A stretch of 46,385 nucleotides of DNA from an uncultured Lentisphaeraceae bacterium (GCA_964400635.1 CAYNVE010000001.1:1-46385); one strand, 5' to 3'. Numbered from the stretch's first letter, positions 1 to 9,436 are shown. Program-made: numbers and translations. Notes: generated by a model not told the origin, from the letters alone.

Positions 1-611
1 AACTCTACTGCAACCGCGCGGGCCGCTACCAGGAACTCGACCCGGGTGTGTCGATTGGACATTCCTTCAGCGCCGACGACCATGACTGGCTGCCGACGAC
101 GGTCGACTTCTCGCTCGGCTACATGTATGAGTATCATCCGCGGTCCTTCAACGTGGGTCAGGATGACACGCAGTTCTTCACGTTTGAACTCGGCCTCCCC
201 GACCTCTGGCTTGAGCCGGCGATCGCCTACGAGCGCGACATTGATCGCGACGACGGCACATACGTGAACCTCTCAATCGGTCACACGTTCGAGCTTTGCG
301 ACTCGCTCTCCCTCCGCCCGTCGATCGCGCAGGGCATCGGCAACACGCGCCGTGTGAAGAGCTATCTGAACGTGCACGACCCGGAAGGGGATGATCGCTC
401 GCTTGATCACGGCGGCCTGATGGACACGTGCGTCCAGCTCGACCTCGAGTGGGCGATCACGGACGGTCTGACGTTCGGCGCGTATGTTGCCTACTCGGAC
501 TACATCTTCGACCGCAAGATGCGTGAGTCGGCGCGCGACTACGAGGCGTCGGGCAAGTGGGACGAGAGCTACAACTTCATTGGTGGCGTCTCCCTCGCAC
601 TCGCGTTCTAA
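1..611 (+). CDS. outer-membrane beta-barrel-like protein, C-terminal part (5' end lies off-window)
   Basis: Frame 3 is open from the window edge to TAA 609-611, so the GTG at 48 is probably internal. Alternating hydrophobic/polar strands, many Asp/Gly turns, C-terminal ...GGVSLALAF with terminal Phe typical of BAM-dependent OMPs. Confidence 0.55.
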   Translation, partial: LYCNRAGRYQELDPGVSIGHSFSADDHDWLPTTVDFSLGYMYEYHPRSFNVGQDDTQFFTFELGLPDLWLEPAIAYERDIDRDDGTYVNLSIGHTFELCDSLSLRPSIAQGIGNTRRVKSYLNVHDPEGDDRSLDHGGLMDTCVQLDLEWAITDGLTFGAYVAYSDYIFDRKMRESARDYEASGKWDESYNFIGGVSLALAF

Positions 612-652
612 GATCGAGCCTTTCAAAATTCCTGTTGGTGGTTACAGCGGGT

Positions 653-688
653 CCCCGGCGTCGGCAGTCTGACGTCGGGGCATTTTTT
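653..688 (+). terminator. rho-independent terminator after the OMP-like gene
   Basis: 10-bp stem ccccggcgtc (653-662) / gacgtcgggg (671-680) with one G-U pair, 8-nt loop, then T6 at 683-688. Confidence 0.75.
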
Positions 689-758
689 CTCGATTGCAAG
701 CGAAGGTTTCCCTCGGCACGGGCAGCAGACAATGGTTCTGTGTCTTGAGACGCATTTT

Positions 759-767
759 TGGTATAAT
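759..767 (+). promoter_or_regulatory. extended -10 promoter (TGGTATAAT) for ribBA
   Basis: tttTGGTATAAT with TATAAT at 762-767. ATG of ribBA is at 779, only 11 nt after the -10, and no SD is visible, so the mRNA is near-leaderless. Confidence 0.65.
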
Positions 768-778
768 AGAAAGTCAAG

Positions 779-1975
779 ATGAATGCCGAGTTTGATTCCG
801 TCGAAGATTGCCTCGCGGCGCTGAAGCGAGGCGAGATTGTCCTCGTCACCGACGACGCCGATCGCGAGAACGAGGGCGACTGCATCTGCGCCGCCGAGTT
901 CGCGACGCTTCAGAACGTGAACTTCATGGCCACCTACGCGAAAGGGCTCATCTGTATGCCGATGAGCGCCGATTGGTGCCAGAGACTCGACTTGCCGCAG
1001 ATGGTCGCGACGAATACCGATAATCACCAAACGGCTTTTACCGTTTCGATTGACGCAGTTGAGACAACGACGGGCATTTCGGCGGCCGAGCGTTCAATGA
1101 CGGCACTTGCGACGGTGCGCGAGGGCGCGAAGCCGGCCGACTTCCGCCGCCCTGGTCACATGTTTCCGCTTGAGGCGCGCGCGGGTGGCGTCCTGCGCCG
1201 CGCGGGGCACACTGAGGCGACGGTTGATCTCTGTCGCCTCGCGGGGCTCAAACAAGTCGGTCTCTGCTGTGAGATCATGAAGGACGATGGCACGATGGCG
1301 CGCCTTTCCGATGTCAAGGCGTTCGCGGCGAAGCACGGTCTCAAGACGATGACAATCGCCGACCTAATCGCCTACCGTCGCCGCTACGACCAACTCGTCG
1401 AGCGCGTCGAGAGCGTCGATCTACCGACGGATCACGGGCACTTCCGCCTGACAATGTACAAGAGTCGCATCTCAGGTCTCGAGCATCTCGCGCTCGTGAA
1501 GGGCGATGTCTCGGACGGTGCGCCCGTGCTTGTGCGCGTTCATTCCGAATGCTTCACGGGCGATGTCCTCGGCTCGGAGCGTTGCGACTGCGGCCACCAG
1601 CTTCACACGGCGATGGAGATGATTGAGAAGGAAGGGCGCGGTGTTGTCCTCTACATGCGTCAGGAGGGGCGCGGCATTGGGCTTGCGAACAAGCTTCACG
1701 CCTACAAGAAGCAGGAGGAGGGGCTTGACACCGTCGAGGCGAATGTCGCGCTCGGCTTCGCGCCCGACCTGCGCGACTACGGCGAGGGGGCGCAAATGCT
1801 CGTTGATCTCGGTGTCCGTAAGCTGCGCCTCATGACGAATAATCCGCGCAAGATCGCGGGGCTTGAGGGCTACGGACTTGAGATTGTCGAGCGCGTCCCA
1901 ATTGTCATTCCAGCGAATGCGCACGATAAGCGCTATCTCGACACGAAACGCGAAAAGATGGGGCATCTGATATGA
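779..1975 (+). CDS. ribBA: bifunctional 3,4-dihydroxy-2-butanone-4-phosphate synthase / GTP cyclohydrolase II
   Basis: N-terminal DHBP synthase motifs ([16 protein letters not shown]). C-terminal GCH-II zinc motif [21 protein letters not shown] and MTNNPRK. Confidence 0.95.
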   Translation: MNAEFDSVEDCLAALKRGEIVLVTDDADRENEGDCICAAEFATLQNVNFMATYAKGLICMPMSADWCQRLDLPQMVATNTDNHQTAFTVSIDAVETTTGISAAERSMTALATVREGAKPADFRRPGHMFPLEARAGGVLRRAGHTEATVDLCRLAGLKQVGLCCEIMKDDGTMARLSDVKAFAAKHGLKTMTIADLIAYRRRYDQLVERVESVDLPTDHGHFRLTMYKSRISGLEHLALVKGDVSDGAPVLVRVHSECFTGDVLGSERCDCGHQLHTAMEMIEKEGRGVVLYMRQEGRGIGLANKLHAYKKQEEGLDTVEANVALGFAPDLRDYGEGAQMLVDLGVRKLRLMTNNPRKIAGLEGYGLEIVERVPIVIPANAHDKRYLDTKREKMGHLI

Positions 1976-2958
1976 AGATTGCGGTGATTGGTGACGGCGG
2001 CTGGGGCACGGCGAACGCGCTCCTTCTCGCGGGCTATGGACATGACGTCACGCTTTGGGGCGCGTTCCCCGACTACATCGACGAGATGAAACGGACGCGC
2101 CGAAACGATAAGTTCTTAAAAGGCGTCGCGCTTCCTAATTCGCTCAAACTGACCGCTGATCGCGCTGAGGCCGTCGCGGGTGCGGAGGTCGTCGTTCTCG
2201 CGCCGCCGTCAAAGTATTTCACATCCGTCGTGAGCGGCTTTAAGGGACTCATCGCGCCGACGGCGCTCGTCGTCTCGATCACGAAGGGGCTTTGCGAGAA
2301 GACGTGCCGACGCATGACGGATTTGGGCGCGGAGATTTTAGGAATGGACGACATCGTCGCGCTCGCGGGCCCCACGCATGCCGAGGAAGTTTCGCGCGGC
2401 ATTCCGACGGCGATTGTCGCCGCGTGCCGTGACGCCGAGAAGGCGAAGCGCGTGCAGGAGATCTGGTCGGGTCCGCTCTTTCGCGTCTACACGTCGTCGG
2501 ACCCTGTCGGTGTTGAGATTGGCGGCGCGGTCAAGAACGTTCTCGCGATTGCGGTCGGCTGTTCGGACGGAATGGGCTACGGCGACAACACGCGTGCGGC
2601 CTTGATTACGCGCGGGCTCGTTGAGATGAAGCGCTTCGTGATCGCCTACGGCGGACTCCCCGAGACCGTCTCGGGTCTCGCGGGCATCGGTGACCTCATC
2701 GTGACGTGCACCTCCGTCCACTCGCGTAACCACTCCGTCGGCGAGCGGCTCGGCAAGGGCGAGAAGATTGAGGATATTCTCGGCTCGATGCAAATGGTCG
2801 CGGAGGGCGTTTGGAACGCGAAGGTCGTCCACGAAATCGCCCAGCGTCTCAAGGTTGAGATGCCGATTTGTGATCTCGTCTACGCGCTCTGCCACGAGGG
2901 CTACGACTCGAAGAACGCGTGCGCGGCGATGATGAACCGCGCGCTGAAGGCGGAGTAG
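1972..2958 (+). CDS. gpsA: NAD(P)H-dependent glycerol-3-phosphate dehydrogenase
   Basis: [14 protein letters not shown] Rossmann start, [25 protein letters not shown] motifs. ATGA overlap with ribBA. Confidence 0.93.
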   Translation: MKIAVIGDGGWGTANALLLAGYGHDVTLWGAFPDYIDEMKRTRRNDKFLKGVALPNSLKLTADRAEAVAGAEVVVLAPPSKYFTSVVSGFKGLIAPTALVVSITKGLCEKTCRRMTDLGAEILGMDDIVALAGPTHAEEVSRGIPTAIVAACRDAEKAKRVQEIWSGPLFRVYTSSDPVGVEIGGAVKNVLAIAVGCSDGMGYGDNTRAALITRGLVEMKRFVIAYGGLPETVSGLAGIGDLIVTCTSVHSRNHSVGERLGKGEKIEDILGSMQMVAEGVWNAKVVHEIAQRLKVEMPICDLVYALCHEGYDSKNACAAMMNRALKAE

Positions 2959-2962
2959 GGCG

Positions 2963-3796
2963 ATGGACCGCGAACTCTTTTGGATTGTTTCCGCCTTTGT
3001 CTTCGCGCTCGGCGCGTCAATCGCGAGTTTCCTCAATGTCGTCATTTGGCGCGTCCCGCGCGGCGAGTCGATTGTGAAGCCCGCCTCGCATTGCCCGAAA
3101 TGCGACGCGCCGATTCGCTGGTATCAGAACATCCCGATTCTCTCTTACCTCGCGCTCGGCGGCGCGTGCGCGAATTGCAAGGCGCCCATCTCGCCGCGCT
3201 ACATCCTCGTCGAGACGCTCGGCGGTCTTCTCTTTTGGTTTGTCTTCGTGCGTTTCGCGGCGTTCCAGCCGCCGACGTTCGAGAGCGCGTTCATCGTCGT
3301 TGTCATGTGGATCTGGGTCTCGCTCATGATTGCGGGCTCGTTCATCGACTTTGACCACAAACTTCTCCCAGATTTCACGACGGTCGGCGGCATGATTCTC
3401 GGTGTCTTGAGCGCGCTCGTCTACGTCCTTGCCTTTCACTGCCCGTGGAGTTACTTCCTCATCTCGCTTTCGGGGCTTGCGCTCGGCTTTGGGCTTCTCT
3501 ACCTCGTGCGGTTCTTGGGCTCACTCATCTTTAGACGCGAGGCGATGGGCCTTGGGGATGTCTTCTTGATGGGCGCGGTCGGCGCGATGTTTGGTCCTGT
3601 CGCCGTTCTTCTCACGATTATTCTCTCGTCCATCTTTGGCTCTGTCGTCGGCCTTTCCCTCGTCGCCCTCTCGAAGACGAAGAGGGGGCGTTTCGTCGAG
3701 ATTCCGTTTGGGCCCTACATCTGCCTCGGCTGTCTCGTCTACATGTTCTACGGCCGCGAGCTCGTCTCGTGGTATCTTCGCCTTCTCGGCTTCTAA
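2963..3796 (+). CDS. A24-family prepilin peptidase / N-methyltransferase
   Basis: Four-Cys zinc motif CPKC...CANC, IDFDHKLLPD and GLGDVFLMGAVG catalytic Asp motifs, multiple TM helices. Confidence 0.9.
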   Translation: MDRELFWIVSAFVFALGASIASFLNVVIWRVPRGESIVKPASHCPKCDAPIRWYQNIPILSYLALGGACANCKAPISPRYILVETLGGLLFWFVFVRFAAFQPPTFESAFIVVVMWIWVSLMIAGSFIDFDHKLLPDFTTVGGMILGVLSALVYVLAFHCPWSYFLISLSGLALGFGLLYLVRFLGSLIFRREAMGLGDVFLMGAVGAMFGPVAVLLTIILSSIFGSVVGLSLVALSKTKRGRFVEIPFGPYICLGCLVYMFYGRELVSWYLRLLGF

Positions 3797-3808
3797 GGGG
3801 CGCGTCGG

Positions 3809-4714
3809 ATGGCGAAGGGACGTGTTGCGATCAACTTGGAGTACGGCCTTCTGCGGTCGCTCACGGCCGTCTTGAACGCGCTTCCTTACGCCGTCGCGAT
3901 GGCGCTCGCGCGTGCGCTCGGTTGGTTCCTCGTGGTCGTCCTTCGCTTCAAGCGTTCGCGGACATTGGCGCGCATCGCCTCGGTCTTCCCCGAGAAGAGC
4001 CACGCCGAGATTCGCGCGATTGCCGTCGGCTCGCTGCAGAACGTCCTTATGAACGGTGTCGAGATGATGCGCGCCTCGTCCTTCGATCGCGCGTGGATGG
4101 ACGAACATATCGCGGACGGTCTTCTCTACAAAGAGAAACTTCAGGCACTCGTCGACGAGGGGCACGGCGTCGTCATTATGGTACCGCATGCGGGCAACTG
4201 GTACATGGCCGCGTGGTCGATGGCGCAATATGGCCTTAAACTCTTCGCACTCGCCGCGCGCCAGCGCAACCCGAAGCTCGACGCGTGGATGCATCGTCAG
4301 TATGGCGCGATTGAGGTTCTTGACCGTGACTGCCGTGAGACGCTCGTGCGCATCAAAGATCTCCTTCGCGCGGGTCGCGCGTTTGCGATTCTCCCCGACC
4401 TGCGCGTGCGTCGCCCTGATGTCGCTGCGCCGTTCTTAGGCGGCATCGCGAATGTGAGCCACGCGGGCGCGCTTTTCGCGGTGCGCGCGCACGCCCCTGT
4501 TGTTGTCGCGTCGATGTCGCGTCAGGGCGGTCGGCATGTCTTCACGCATTTAGCGACGCTTCGTCCCGACCCGCAGGCGACGGACGCGCGCGCCGAGGCC
4601 GTGCGCCTCACGAAGGAGGCGATGCGCCTTCTGGACGCGGAAGTCCGCCGCCGTCCGCACGAATGGTTTTGGTATAATAAACGTTGGATACTTGAACCCG
4701 TCAAAGGAAAATAA
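3809..4714 (+). CDS. lysophospholipid/lipid A late acyltransferase family protein (LpxL/HtrB-like)
   Basis: ~300 aa with N-terminal TM. MVPHAGNWYM matches the H(x)4(D/E)-type HxGNWE box. Length and C-terminal WFWYNKRW are typical of the family. Confidence 0.7.
   Translation: MAKGRVAINLEYGLLRSLTAVLNALPYAVAMALARALGWFLVVVLRFKRSRTLARIASVFPEKSHAEIRAIAVGSLQNVLMNGVEMMRASSFDRAWMDEHIADGLLYKEKLQALVDEGHGVVIMVPHAGNWYMAAWSMAQYGLKLFALAARQRNPKLDAWMHRQYGAIEVLDRDCRETLVRIKDLLRAGRAFAILPDLRVRRPDVAAPFLGGIANVSHAGALFAVRAHAPVVVASMSRQGGRHVFTHLATLRPDPQATDARAEAVRLTKEAMRLLDAEVRRRPHEWFWYNKRWILEPVKGK
4670..4678 (+). promoter_or_regulatory. extended -10 promoter (TGGTATAAT) inside the 3' end of the acyltransferase gene
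   Basis: gttttGGTATAAT, TATAAT at 4673-4678, about 40 nt upstream of ATG 4719, with SD aaagga at 4703-4708. Confidence 0.5.
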
Positions 4715-4718
4715 GAAA

Positions 4719-6050
4719 ATGAACGAAAATGCTGCGCGCAAGATGCTCACGGAATGTGGCCAGGAGCATGTCCTCGCCGGATTTGCGAAACTCTCAAAAA
4801 AGGACAAGGCTGCGCTCTTGGATCAGATCGCGAAGATTGACCCGAAGAGCGTCCGCCACTGCGCAGCCGCGCTGAAGTCGGGCGGCGAGGTCTTCGACTC
4901 GTCGAAGGGGCGCGCGCCGAAGGTTGCGACGCTGAAGGGCAAGGCTCTCCAAGCGGCGACGGCGATTGGAGAGAGGGAACTTCGCGCGGGTCGCGTCGCC
5001 GCGCTCCTCGTGGCGGGCGGGCAGGGCTCGCGCCTCGGCTACGATGGCCCGAAGGGTTGCTACTCAATCGGCCCAATCACGGGCGCGCCGCTTTTTTACT
5101 TCCATGCGCGCAAGATCCTCGCGCGTTCGATTCGCTATGGTAAGCCCATTCCGTTCTACGTGATGACGAGCGAGGCGAATAACGCCGCGACGGTCGCGTG
5201 CTTCAAGGAGCATGGCTACTTTGGCCTCGACCCGAAGGATGTCTTTTTCTTCACGCAGGGCATGTGGCCAGGCATGACGAAGGACGGCAAGATCATCCTC
5301 GACCGACCGGGTCACGTCTTCATGAGCCCGGACGGCCACGGCGGCCTCCTCGCGGCGCTGAAGCGCTCGGGCGCGCTCGCCGACATGAAGAAGCGCGGTA
5401 TCAAGTCGGTCTTCTTCTTCCAGGTTGACAATCCGCTCGTTGAGATTGCTGAGCCCGCCTTTATCGGCTATCATGTCTCCGAGAAGTCGGACTATACGCT
5501 CAAACTCTGCGCGAAGCGTGACCCCTACGAAAAACTCGGCATGCCCATGCAGTTTGGCTCGACCTGCCGCATGGTCGAGTACACCGAGATGACGAAGGAG
5601 CAGTGCGAGCGCAAGACGAAGGACGGCTCGCTCTACTTCCTCTACGGCTCGCCCGCGATTCACGTCTTCGATCGCGCCTTCTTGGAGCGCGAGAGCGCGA
5701 AGACGATGCCGCTCCACCTCGCGTTCAAGAAGATTCCGACGGTTGTAAACGGCAAGGTCGTTAAACCGACGGAGCCGAACGGCTACAAGTTCGAGAAGTT
5801 CATCTTCGACATCCTCCCGAACGCGAAGAAGGCCGCCTTCATGGCCTTCGAGGCGAAGAGCGAATTCTCGCCTGTCAAGAATGCCGAGGGGTCTGACTCG
5901 CCTGCGACATGCCGCGCCGACATGCAGGCGAAGTGGCGCAAGATTCTCGCCGAGGCGGATGTGCGCGTCCCCGAGGCGATGCCGCTTGAGATCGACCCCG
6001 TCTACGCGCTCGATGCCGAGGACGTGAAGGCGCGAGGGCTCTTCCTCTAG
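4719..6050 (+). CDS. UDP-sugar / UDP-N-acetylglucosamine pyrophosphorylase, UDPGP (eukaryote-type UAP1-like) family
   Basis: LLVAGGQGSRLGYDGPKG, SPDGHGG, FQVDNPL motifs. I prefer ATG 4719 (SD aaagga upstream) over the TTG at 4692, which overlaps the previous gene. Confidence 0.8.
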   Translation: MNENAARKMLTECGQEHVLAGFAKLSKKDKAALLDQIAKIDPKSVRHCAAALKSGGEVFDSSKGRAPKVATLKGKALQAATAIGERELRAGRVAALLVAGGQGSRLGYDGPKGCYSIGPITGAPLFYFHARKILARSIRYGKPIPFYVMTSEANNAATVACFKEHGYFGLDPKDVFFFTQGMWPGMTKDGKIILDRPGHVFMSPDGHGGLLAALKRSGALADMKKRGIKSVFFFQVDNPLVEIAEPAFIGYHVSEKSDYTLKLCAKRDPYEKLGMPMQFGSTCRMVEYTEMTKEQCERKTKDGSLYFLYGSPAIHVFDRAFLERESAKTMPLHLAFKKIPTVVNGKVVKPTEPNGYKFEKFIFDILPNAKKAAFMAFEAKSEFSPVKNAEGSDSPATCRADMQAKWRKILAEADVRVPEAMPLEIDPVYALDAEDVKARGLFL

Positions 6051-6056
6051 CGCGGC

Positions 6057-6755
6057 GTGGCGGGCGAGACGGTCAAGTCTGAGGCGATTTGCCTCTCGAT
6101 CGCACCGTGGTCGCGCACGAGCCACGTCGTCACGTGGCTCACGCCCACGGGGCGCGTTGGGACGGTCGTGAAGGGGGCTGTCCGCCCGAAGAGCGCGTTC
6201 TTGGGGCAGTACGACCTCAATTACACGTGCGAGATTGTCTACTACGCGCGCGCGAAGGGTGAACTCCACGCCCTGCGTGAGTGTGCGCCGCGCGTTTTCC
6301 GCGAGCGTCTCAGGGGCGACTTCGCCGCGCTCGCGCTTGCGGGCTACGCGCGGCTCATGGCCGACCGCTTCGCGCCGCCTGGTGAGGAGTGTGCGCCATG
6401 GTATTCGACGCTGGCCGCCATTCTCGACCGCCTCGTCGAAGTGGGCGCGAGCGTCCCGCTGATGCTCAAGGCCGAGCTCCTCTTCTTGCGTCTTCTCGGT
6501 CTTGACCCCGCCCTTGAGGCATCGGCGGGCGCGTTTCTTCTGCGTGGCGAACGGAAGATCGCCGTCTCGCCTGATCTCGCGCGCGGCTTTTCGTTGCTTT
6601 CCGCGCCGCTCGATGCGCCTTTCGAGAATGTTTCGGACGCATTGACCCTTGACGCGGCAAGGGTTCTTGGTGTATACTATGACTTTCATGTAGACGGCGT
6701 GTCCGACGTTCGGCGAGCCGTTCTCAAGATGGTTCAAAACAAAACGAGTCGGTAA
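6057..6755 (+). CDS. recO: DNA repair protein RecO
   Basis: ~230 aa. N-terminal OB-fold pattern ([38 protein letters not shown]..., then GELHALREC) and a helical C-terminal half, as in RecO. Confidence 0.7.
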   Translation: MAGETVKSEAICLSIAPWSRTSHVVTWLTPTGRVGTVVKGAVRPKSAFLGQYDLNYTCEIVYYARAKGELHALRECAPRVFRERLRGDFAALALAGYARLMADRFAPPGEECAPWYSTLAAILDRLVEVGASVPLMLKAELLFLRLLGLDPALEASAGAFLLRGERKIAVSPDLARGFSLLSAPLDAPFENVSDALTLDAARVLGVYYDFHVDGVSDVRRAVLKMVQNKTSR

Positions 6756-6759
6756 GAAA

Positions 6760-7857
6760 ATGAATATCAAGAAAATCGGTATGGCCGTCATGCTCGGTGC
6801 GCTTGTCATCGGGTGCGGGAAGGATTCTTCGAATGTGGCGTCCTCTGACGAGGGCGTTCTTAAAGTCAACGGCGAGGTTCTGACGCGCGGCGCGATCAAG
6901 GCCGACGTCGACGCGATTCTGGCGGCGCAGGGCGATAAGATCCCCGCGGATAAGGTTGACTACATCCGCCAGATGCTCGAGCGTCAGCTCGTTCAGGGCT
7001 ATATCGTCGAGAAGGTTCTTGTCGCGAAGGCGAAGGCCGAGGGCTTCGTCGTGACCGAGGCCGAGCGCAAGGCGCGTGAGGATGAGCTCCTCAAGTCGGC
7101 CGCGCGCATGCCCGATGCGCCTAAGACGGCGGAAGACCTCTACAAGAAGTTCCCGCTCGGAGAGGCGCGTGCGCGTGCCGAGTTTGAGAACGGCATTTTG
7201 ATTGACAAGATGGTGCGCGATGCGCAGGAGAAGGCGGCCGGCAAGAAGGATTATGTGGCCGAGGCGAAGAAGCTCATCGCGGGCATTGAGGCCGAGAACG
7301 CGAAGGCCGCGACGAGCGCGGAGGATGCGCTTAAGAAAGTGAAGGATCTTCAGGCGACGCTCTCCAAGACGCCCGCCGACAAGCTTGCGGCGACGTTCGC
7401 GGATCTCGCGAAGGAAAATTCCGACTGCCCGTCGTCCACGAAGGGCGGCGACCTCGGCGCGTTCTCGCATGGTCAGATGGTGAAGGAGTTTGACGAGGTC
7501 GCGTTCTCGCTTCCCGTCGGCAAGGTCTCTGAGCCGGTCAAGACGCCGTTCGGCTACCACCTCATTCTCGTGACGGAGAAGATCCCCGCCGTTGCCGCCG
7601 AGGGTGACAAGGAAGGTGAGCCTGAGAAGGTTCGCGCGAGCCACATCCTTGTCAAGGCCGCCGAGGCGCGTCCCGCGCCCACCGTTGAGGAGGTCGTTGC
7701 CTACTTGAAGCGTCAAGACGAGCAGTCGTTCACGGCCGCTTTCGTCCAGGAAGCGGTCAAGGGCGCGAAGATCGAGGCCCTCGACGAGGCGTACAAGATG
7801 TACGTCCCCGAAGAGGAAAAGAAGGAAGAGGCGGTTGAAAATACGCCTAAAAAGTGA
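6760..7857 (+). CDS. lipoprotein peptidyl-prolyl isomerase, parvulin (PpiC/PrsA/SurA-like)
   Basis: Signal peptide with lipobox LVIGC. Parvulin core [29 protein letters not shown]...[10 protein letters not shown]. The ASHILV strand lies after the core (see findings). Confidence 0.85.
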   Translation: MNIKKIGMAVMLGALVIGCGKDSSNVASSDEGVLKVNGEVLTRGAIKADVDAILAAQGDKIPADKVDYIRQMLERQLVQGYIVEKVLVAKAKAEGFVVTEAERKAREDELLKSAARMPDAPKTAEDLYKKFPLGEARARAEFENGILIDKMVRDAQEKAAGKKDYVAEAKKLIAGIEAENAKAATSAEDALKKVKDLQATLSKTPADKLAATFADLAKENSDCPSSTKGGDLGAFSHGQMVKEFDEVAFSLPVGKVSEPVKTPFGYHLILVTEKIPAVAAEGDKEGEPEKVRASHILVKAAEARPAPTVEEVVAYLKRQDEQSFTAAFVQEAVKGAKIEALDEAYKMYVPEEEKKEEAVENTPKK

Positions 7858-7863
7858 TATAAT
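7855..7863 (+). promoter_or_regulatory. extended -10 promoter (TGATATAAT) for the small basic protein gene
   Basis: TATAAT at 7858-7863. The TGA at 7855-7857 is also the stop codon of the PPIase gene. Confidence 0.55.
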
Positions 7864-7891
7864 AGACGCCCATTTGAAAGGATAGAAGAAA

Positions 7892-8047
7892 ATGAGCCAG
7901 CATGCATCTCTTAAGGGTTCCGGCAAGATTACCTCCAAGCGTAACGTCCTGAAGCGTTTCGAACGCGTCAACCTTCTTCAGAAGCGCGGCGAGTGGAAGG
8001 AAGGGTGCCGCGGCCTGGGTCTCAAGAAGACGAAGCCCGAGGCGTAA
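7892..8047 (+). CDS. small basic protein (51 aa), absent from the ORF track because it is under 60 aa
   Basis: ATG 7892 preceded by aaagga. Translation MSQHASLKGSGKITSKRNVLKRFERVNLLQKRGEWKEGCRGLGLKKTKPEA. It resembles, from memory, the PVC 'small basic protein' family (H.SLK...RNVL.R.ER...L...G.W.EG....GL.K). Has its own promoter. Confidence 0.75.
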   Translation: MSQHASLKGSGKITSKRNVLKRFERVNLLQKRGEWKEGCRGLGLKKTKPEA

Positions 8048-8062
8048 GTCTCGCACTCTTCA

Positions 8063-8500
8063 ATGCAGATTCGCCAGATCTCGATTTTCCTTCAGAACAA
8101 GCCGGGGCAGCTCTCGCAGATCTGCCGCGACTTGCGCGACGCGGACATCAACATTGCGACGCTCTCGCTCGCTGACACGAGCGACTTCGGCATCGTGCGC
8201 ATGATCGTGGACGACCACGAGAAAGCGAAGAAGGTGCTCGCTGAGAAGGGACACGCCGTCAATGTGCGCGAGGTCGTGGCGGTCTGCGTGCCTGACCGTC
8301 CAGGCGGGATGGCCGAGGTGATGGAGGCGCTCGACAAGGCGGGCGTCAACATTGAATACAGTTATGCGTTCTCCTTCCATCGGGGCGAGAAGGCGGTTCT
8401 CGTCTTCCGCTTCGGTGATAACGAGAAGGCGGTGAAGGCGCTGGCCGCGGCCGGTCACCTCACGCTTTCTGAAGCGGACGTCCTCAAGGCCGCGAACTAG
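8063..8500 (+). CDS. ACT domain-containing (amino-acid-binding) protein, two ACT repeats
   Basis: ISIFLQNKPGQLSQICRDL...INI and VCVPDRPGGMAEVMEAL...GVNIEY are two ACT-type beta-alpha-beta-beta-alpha-beta starts. Confidence 0.8.
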   Translation: MQIRQISIFLQNKPGQLSQICRDLRDADINIATLSLADTSDFGIVRMIVDDHEKAKKVLAEKGHAVNVREVVAVCVPDRPGGMAEVMEALDKAGVNIEYSYAFSFHRGEKAVLVFRFGDNEKAVKALAAAGHLTLSEADVLKAAN

Positions 8501-8505
8501 CGGCC

Positions 8506-9333
8506 TTACTCCACGAAGACGACCTTCGCGTCATCCGCGCGCAAAACGCCGCGCGGGTAAGAGACGGCGGGAAGGCCGAGGAGCATTGCGCAGAAAGGCG
8601 TCGTGCGGCGAAAACCGAGAAGGTCCTCGAGAAGTTCGGGGACTTCTTTTTGGACGAGTTGTAGAAAGCCGCACCAGCAAGTCGCGAGGTGGTGCGATTG
8701 CGCGAGAAACTCAAAGGTGGTTGCCGCGTTCGTGACATCTTCGCGTGGCGTTGTCACCTCTTTGTTCGTCTCGTCCGACGAGATGATGAGGAGGGCGGGG
8801 GCGTTTCGGAAAAAGATGTCGCCTTTACCTTGGCGGAGGCGAATCGCAGGCACCGCGAGCCAACGCGGCAGGAGTTTTGGGCCGTCGTGGTGGCGCTCAA
8901 TGATGTGGACAAACTTTTCCTTGAACGCAGCCATCGCGCGTCGCGTCGGGATGCAGGTGAAGGTGAGCGAGCGCGCGTTGCATCCCGTCGGGACGTTGCC
9001 GAGCACCTTGAGGAGGTGCTCCAAGGTCTCGCGCGGAACGTCGTCTTCCTTGAACTGCCGATATGAGCGGCGCATCATGAGAAAGTTCTCAACTTCCTCG
9101 CCCGTCGGAAGCGCGCATCGGCCGCGTTGGAGGGCTTCGTCGGCCGTGTGCGCCCCGAAGGTGATCGCGCCGCGCGGGCAGATGGCGAAGCAATGTTGGC
9201 AGCGCATACAGCGCGCGGCATCCTTGACGAATGGGTAGCCGTCGTCGTCGCGTTTGAGCGCGCCGAACGCGCAGTCTTTCACGCACGCGCCGCAACGGAC
9301 GCATGATGCGCGGTCCAGTCTGAAGAGGTCCAT
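8506..9333 (-). CDS. nitroreductase-family protein with N-terminal 2x[4Fe-4S] ferredoxin domain
   Basis: CVRCGACVKDC and CMRCQHCFAICP cluster motifs, followed by a nitroreductase fold (RRSYRQF..., GNVPTGCN). Confidence 0.85.
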   Translation of the reverse strand: MDLFRLDRASCVRCGACVKDCAFGALKRDDDGYPFVKDAARCMRCQHCFAICPRGAITFGAHTADEALQRGRCALPTGEEVENFLMMRRSYRQFKEDDVPRETLEHLLKVLGNVPTGCNARSLTFTCIPTRRAMAAFKEKFVHIIERHHDGPKLLPRWLAVPAIRLRQGKGDIFFRNAPALLIISSDETNKEVTTPREDVTNAATTFEFLAQSHHLATCWCGFLQLVQKEVPELLEDLLGFRRTTPFCAMLLGLPAVSYPRGVLRADDAKVVFVE

Positions 9334-9372
9334 CGTGCTTTCTCCTTTTCAAGTTTCGTGCCGTTTAACTCC

Positions 9373-9381
9373 ATTATATCA
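9373..9381 (-). promoter_or_regulatory. extended -10 promoter (TGATATAAT on minus strand) for the nitroreductase gene
   Basis: Plus-strand attatatca is the reverse complement of TGATATAAT. SD ggagaaag is about 8 nt before the ATG at 9333. A/T-rich tract upstream. Confidence 0.6.
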
Positions 9382-9436
9382 AAGGGATGAGGCTCAAAAG
9401 GTGGAAAAGTGAAAAATCAAAAGTTTAGAACGCAAG

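Noticed and set aside
612-778. FMN riboswitch (RFN element) upstream of ribBA, and likewise upstream of ribH (11929-12059)
   Set aside because: The promoters sit 11 and 36 nt from the start codons, leaving no room for a ~130-nt aptamer. The remaining upstream sequence is explained by a terminator hairpin. I see no RFN-like conserved core.
6673-6678. TATACT hexamer inside the recO 3' end as a promoter for the PPIase gene
   Set aside because: It lacks the TGn extension and a -35 box, and sits over 80 nt from the start. The evidence is too weak to list as a feature.
5064-6899. 611-aa ORF on the minus strand, the longest reverse-strand ORF in the track
   Set aside because: It lies antisense to three well-supported + genes (UDPGP enzyme, recO, PPIase). 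Its translation is Arg/Ala/Glu-rich low-complexity with no motifs. This is the classic stop-poor shadow frame of a high-GC genome.
6724-7971. 415-aa minus-strand ORF; likewise 12499-13440, 13533-14504, 14695-15504, 20370-21014, 21315-22223, 22371-23144, 23411-24283, 23904-24875, 29201-30151, 30263-31036, 31058-31780, 33391-34101, 34550-35437, 35674-36477, 36988-37917, 40035-40724, 40725-41681, 41678-42379 and 44639-45361
   Set aside because: All are antisense or out-of-frame shadows of plus-strand genes with clear family motifs. They have Arg-rich composition, no SD or promoter, and no motifs. They are not called.
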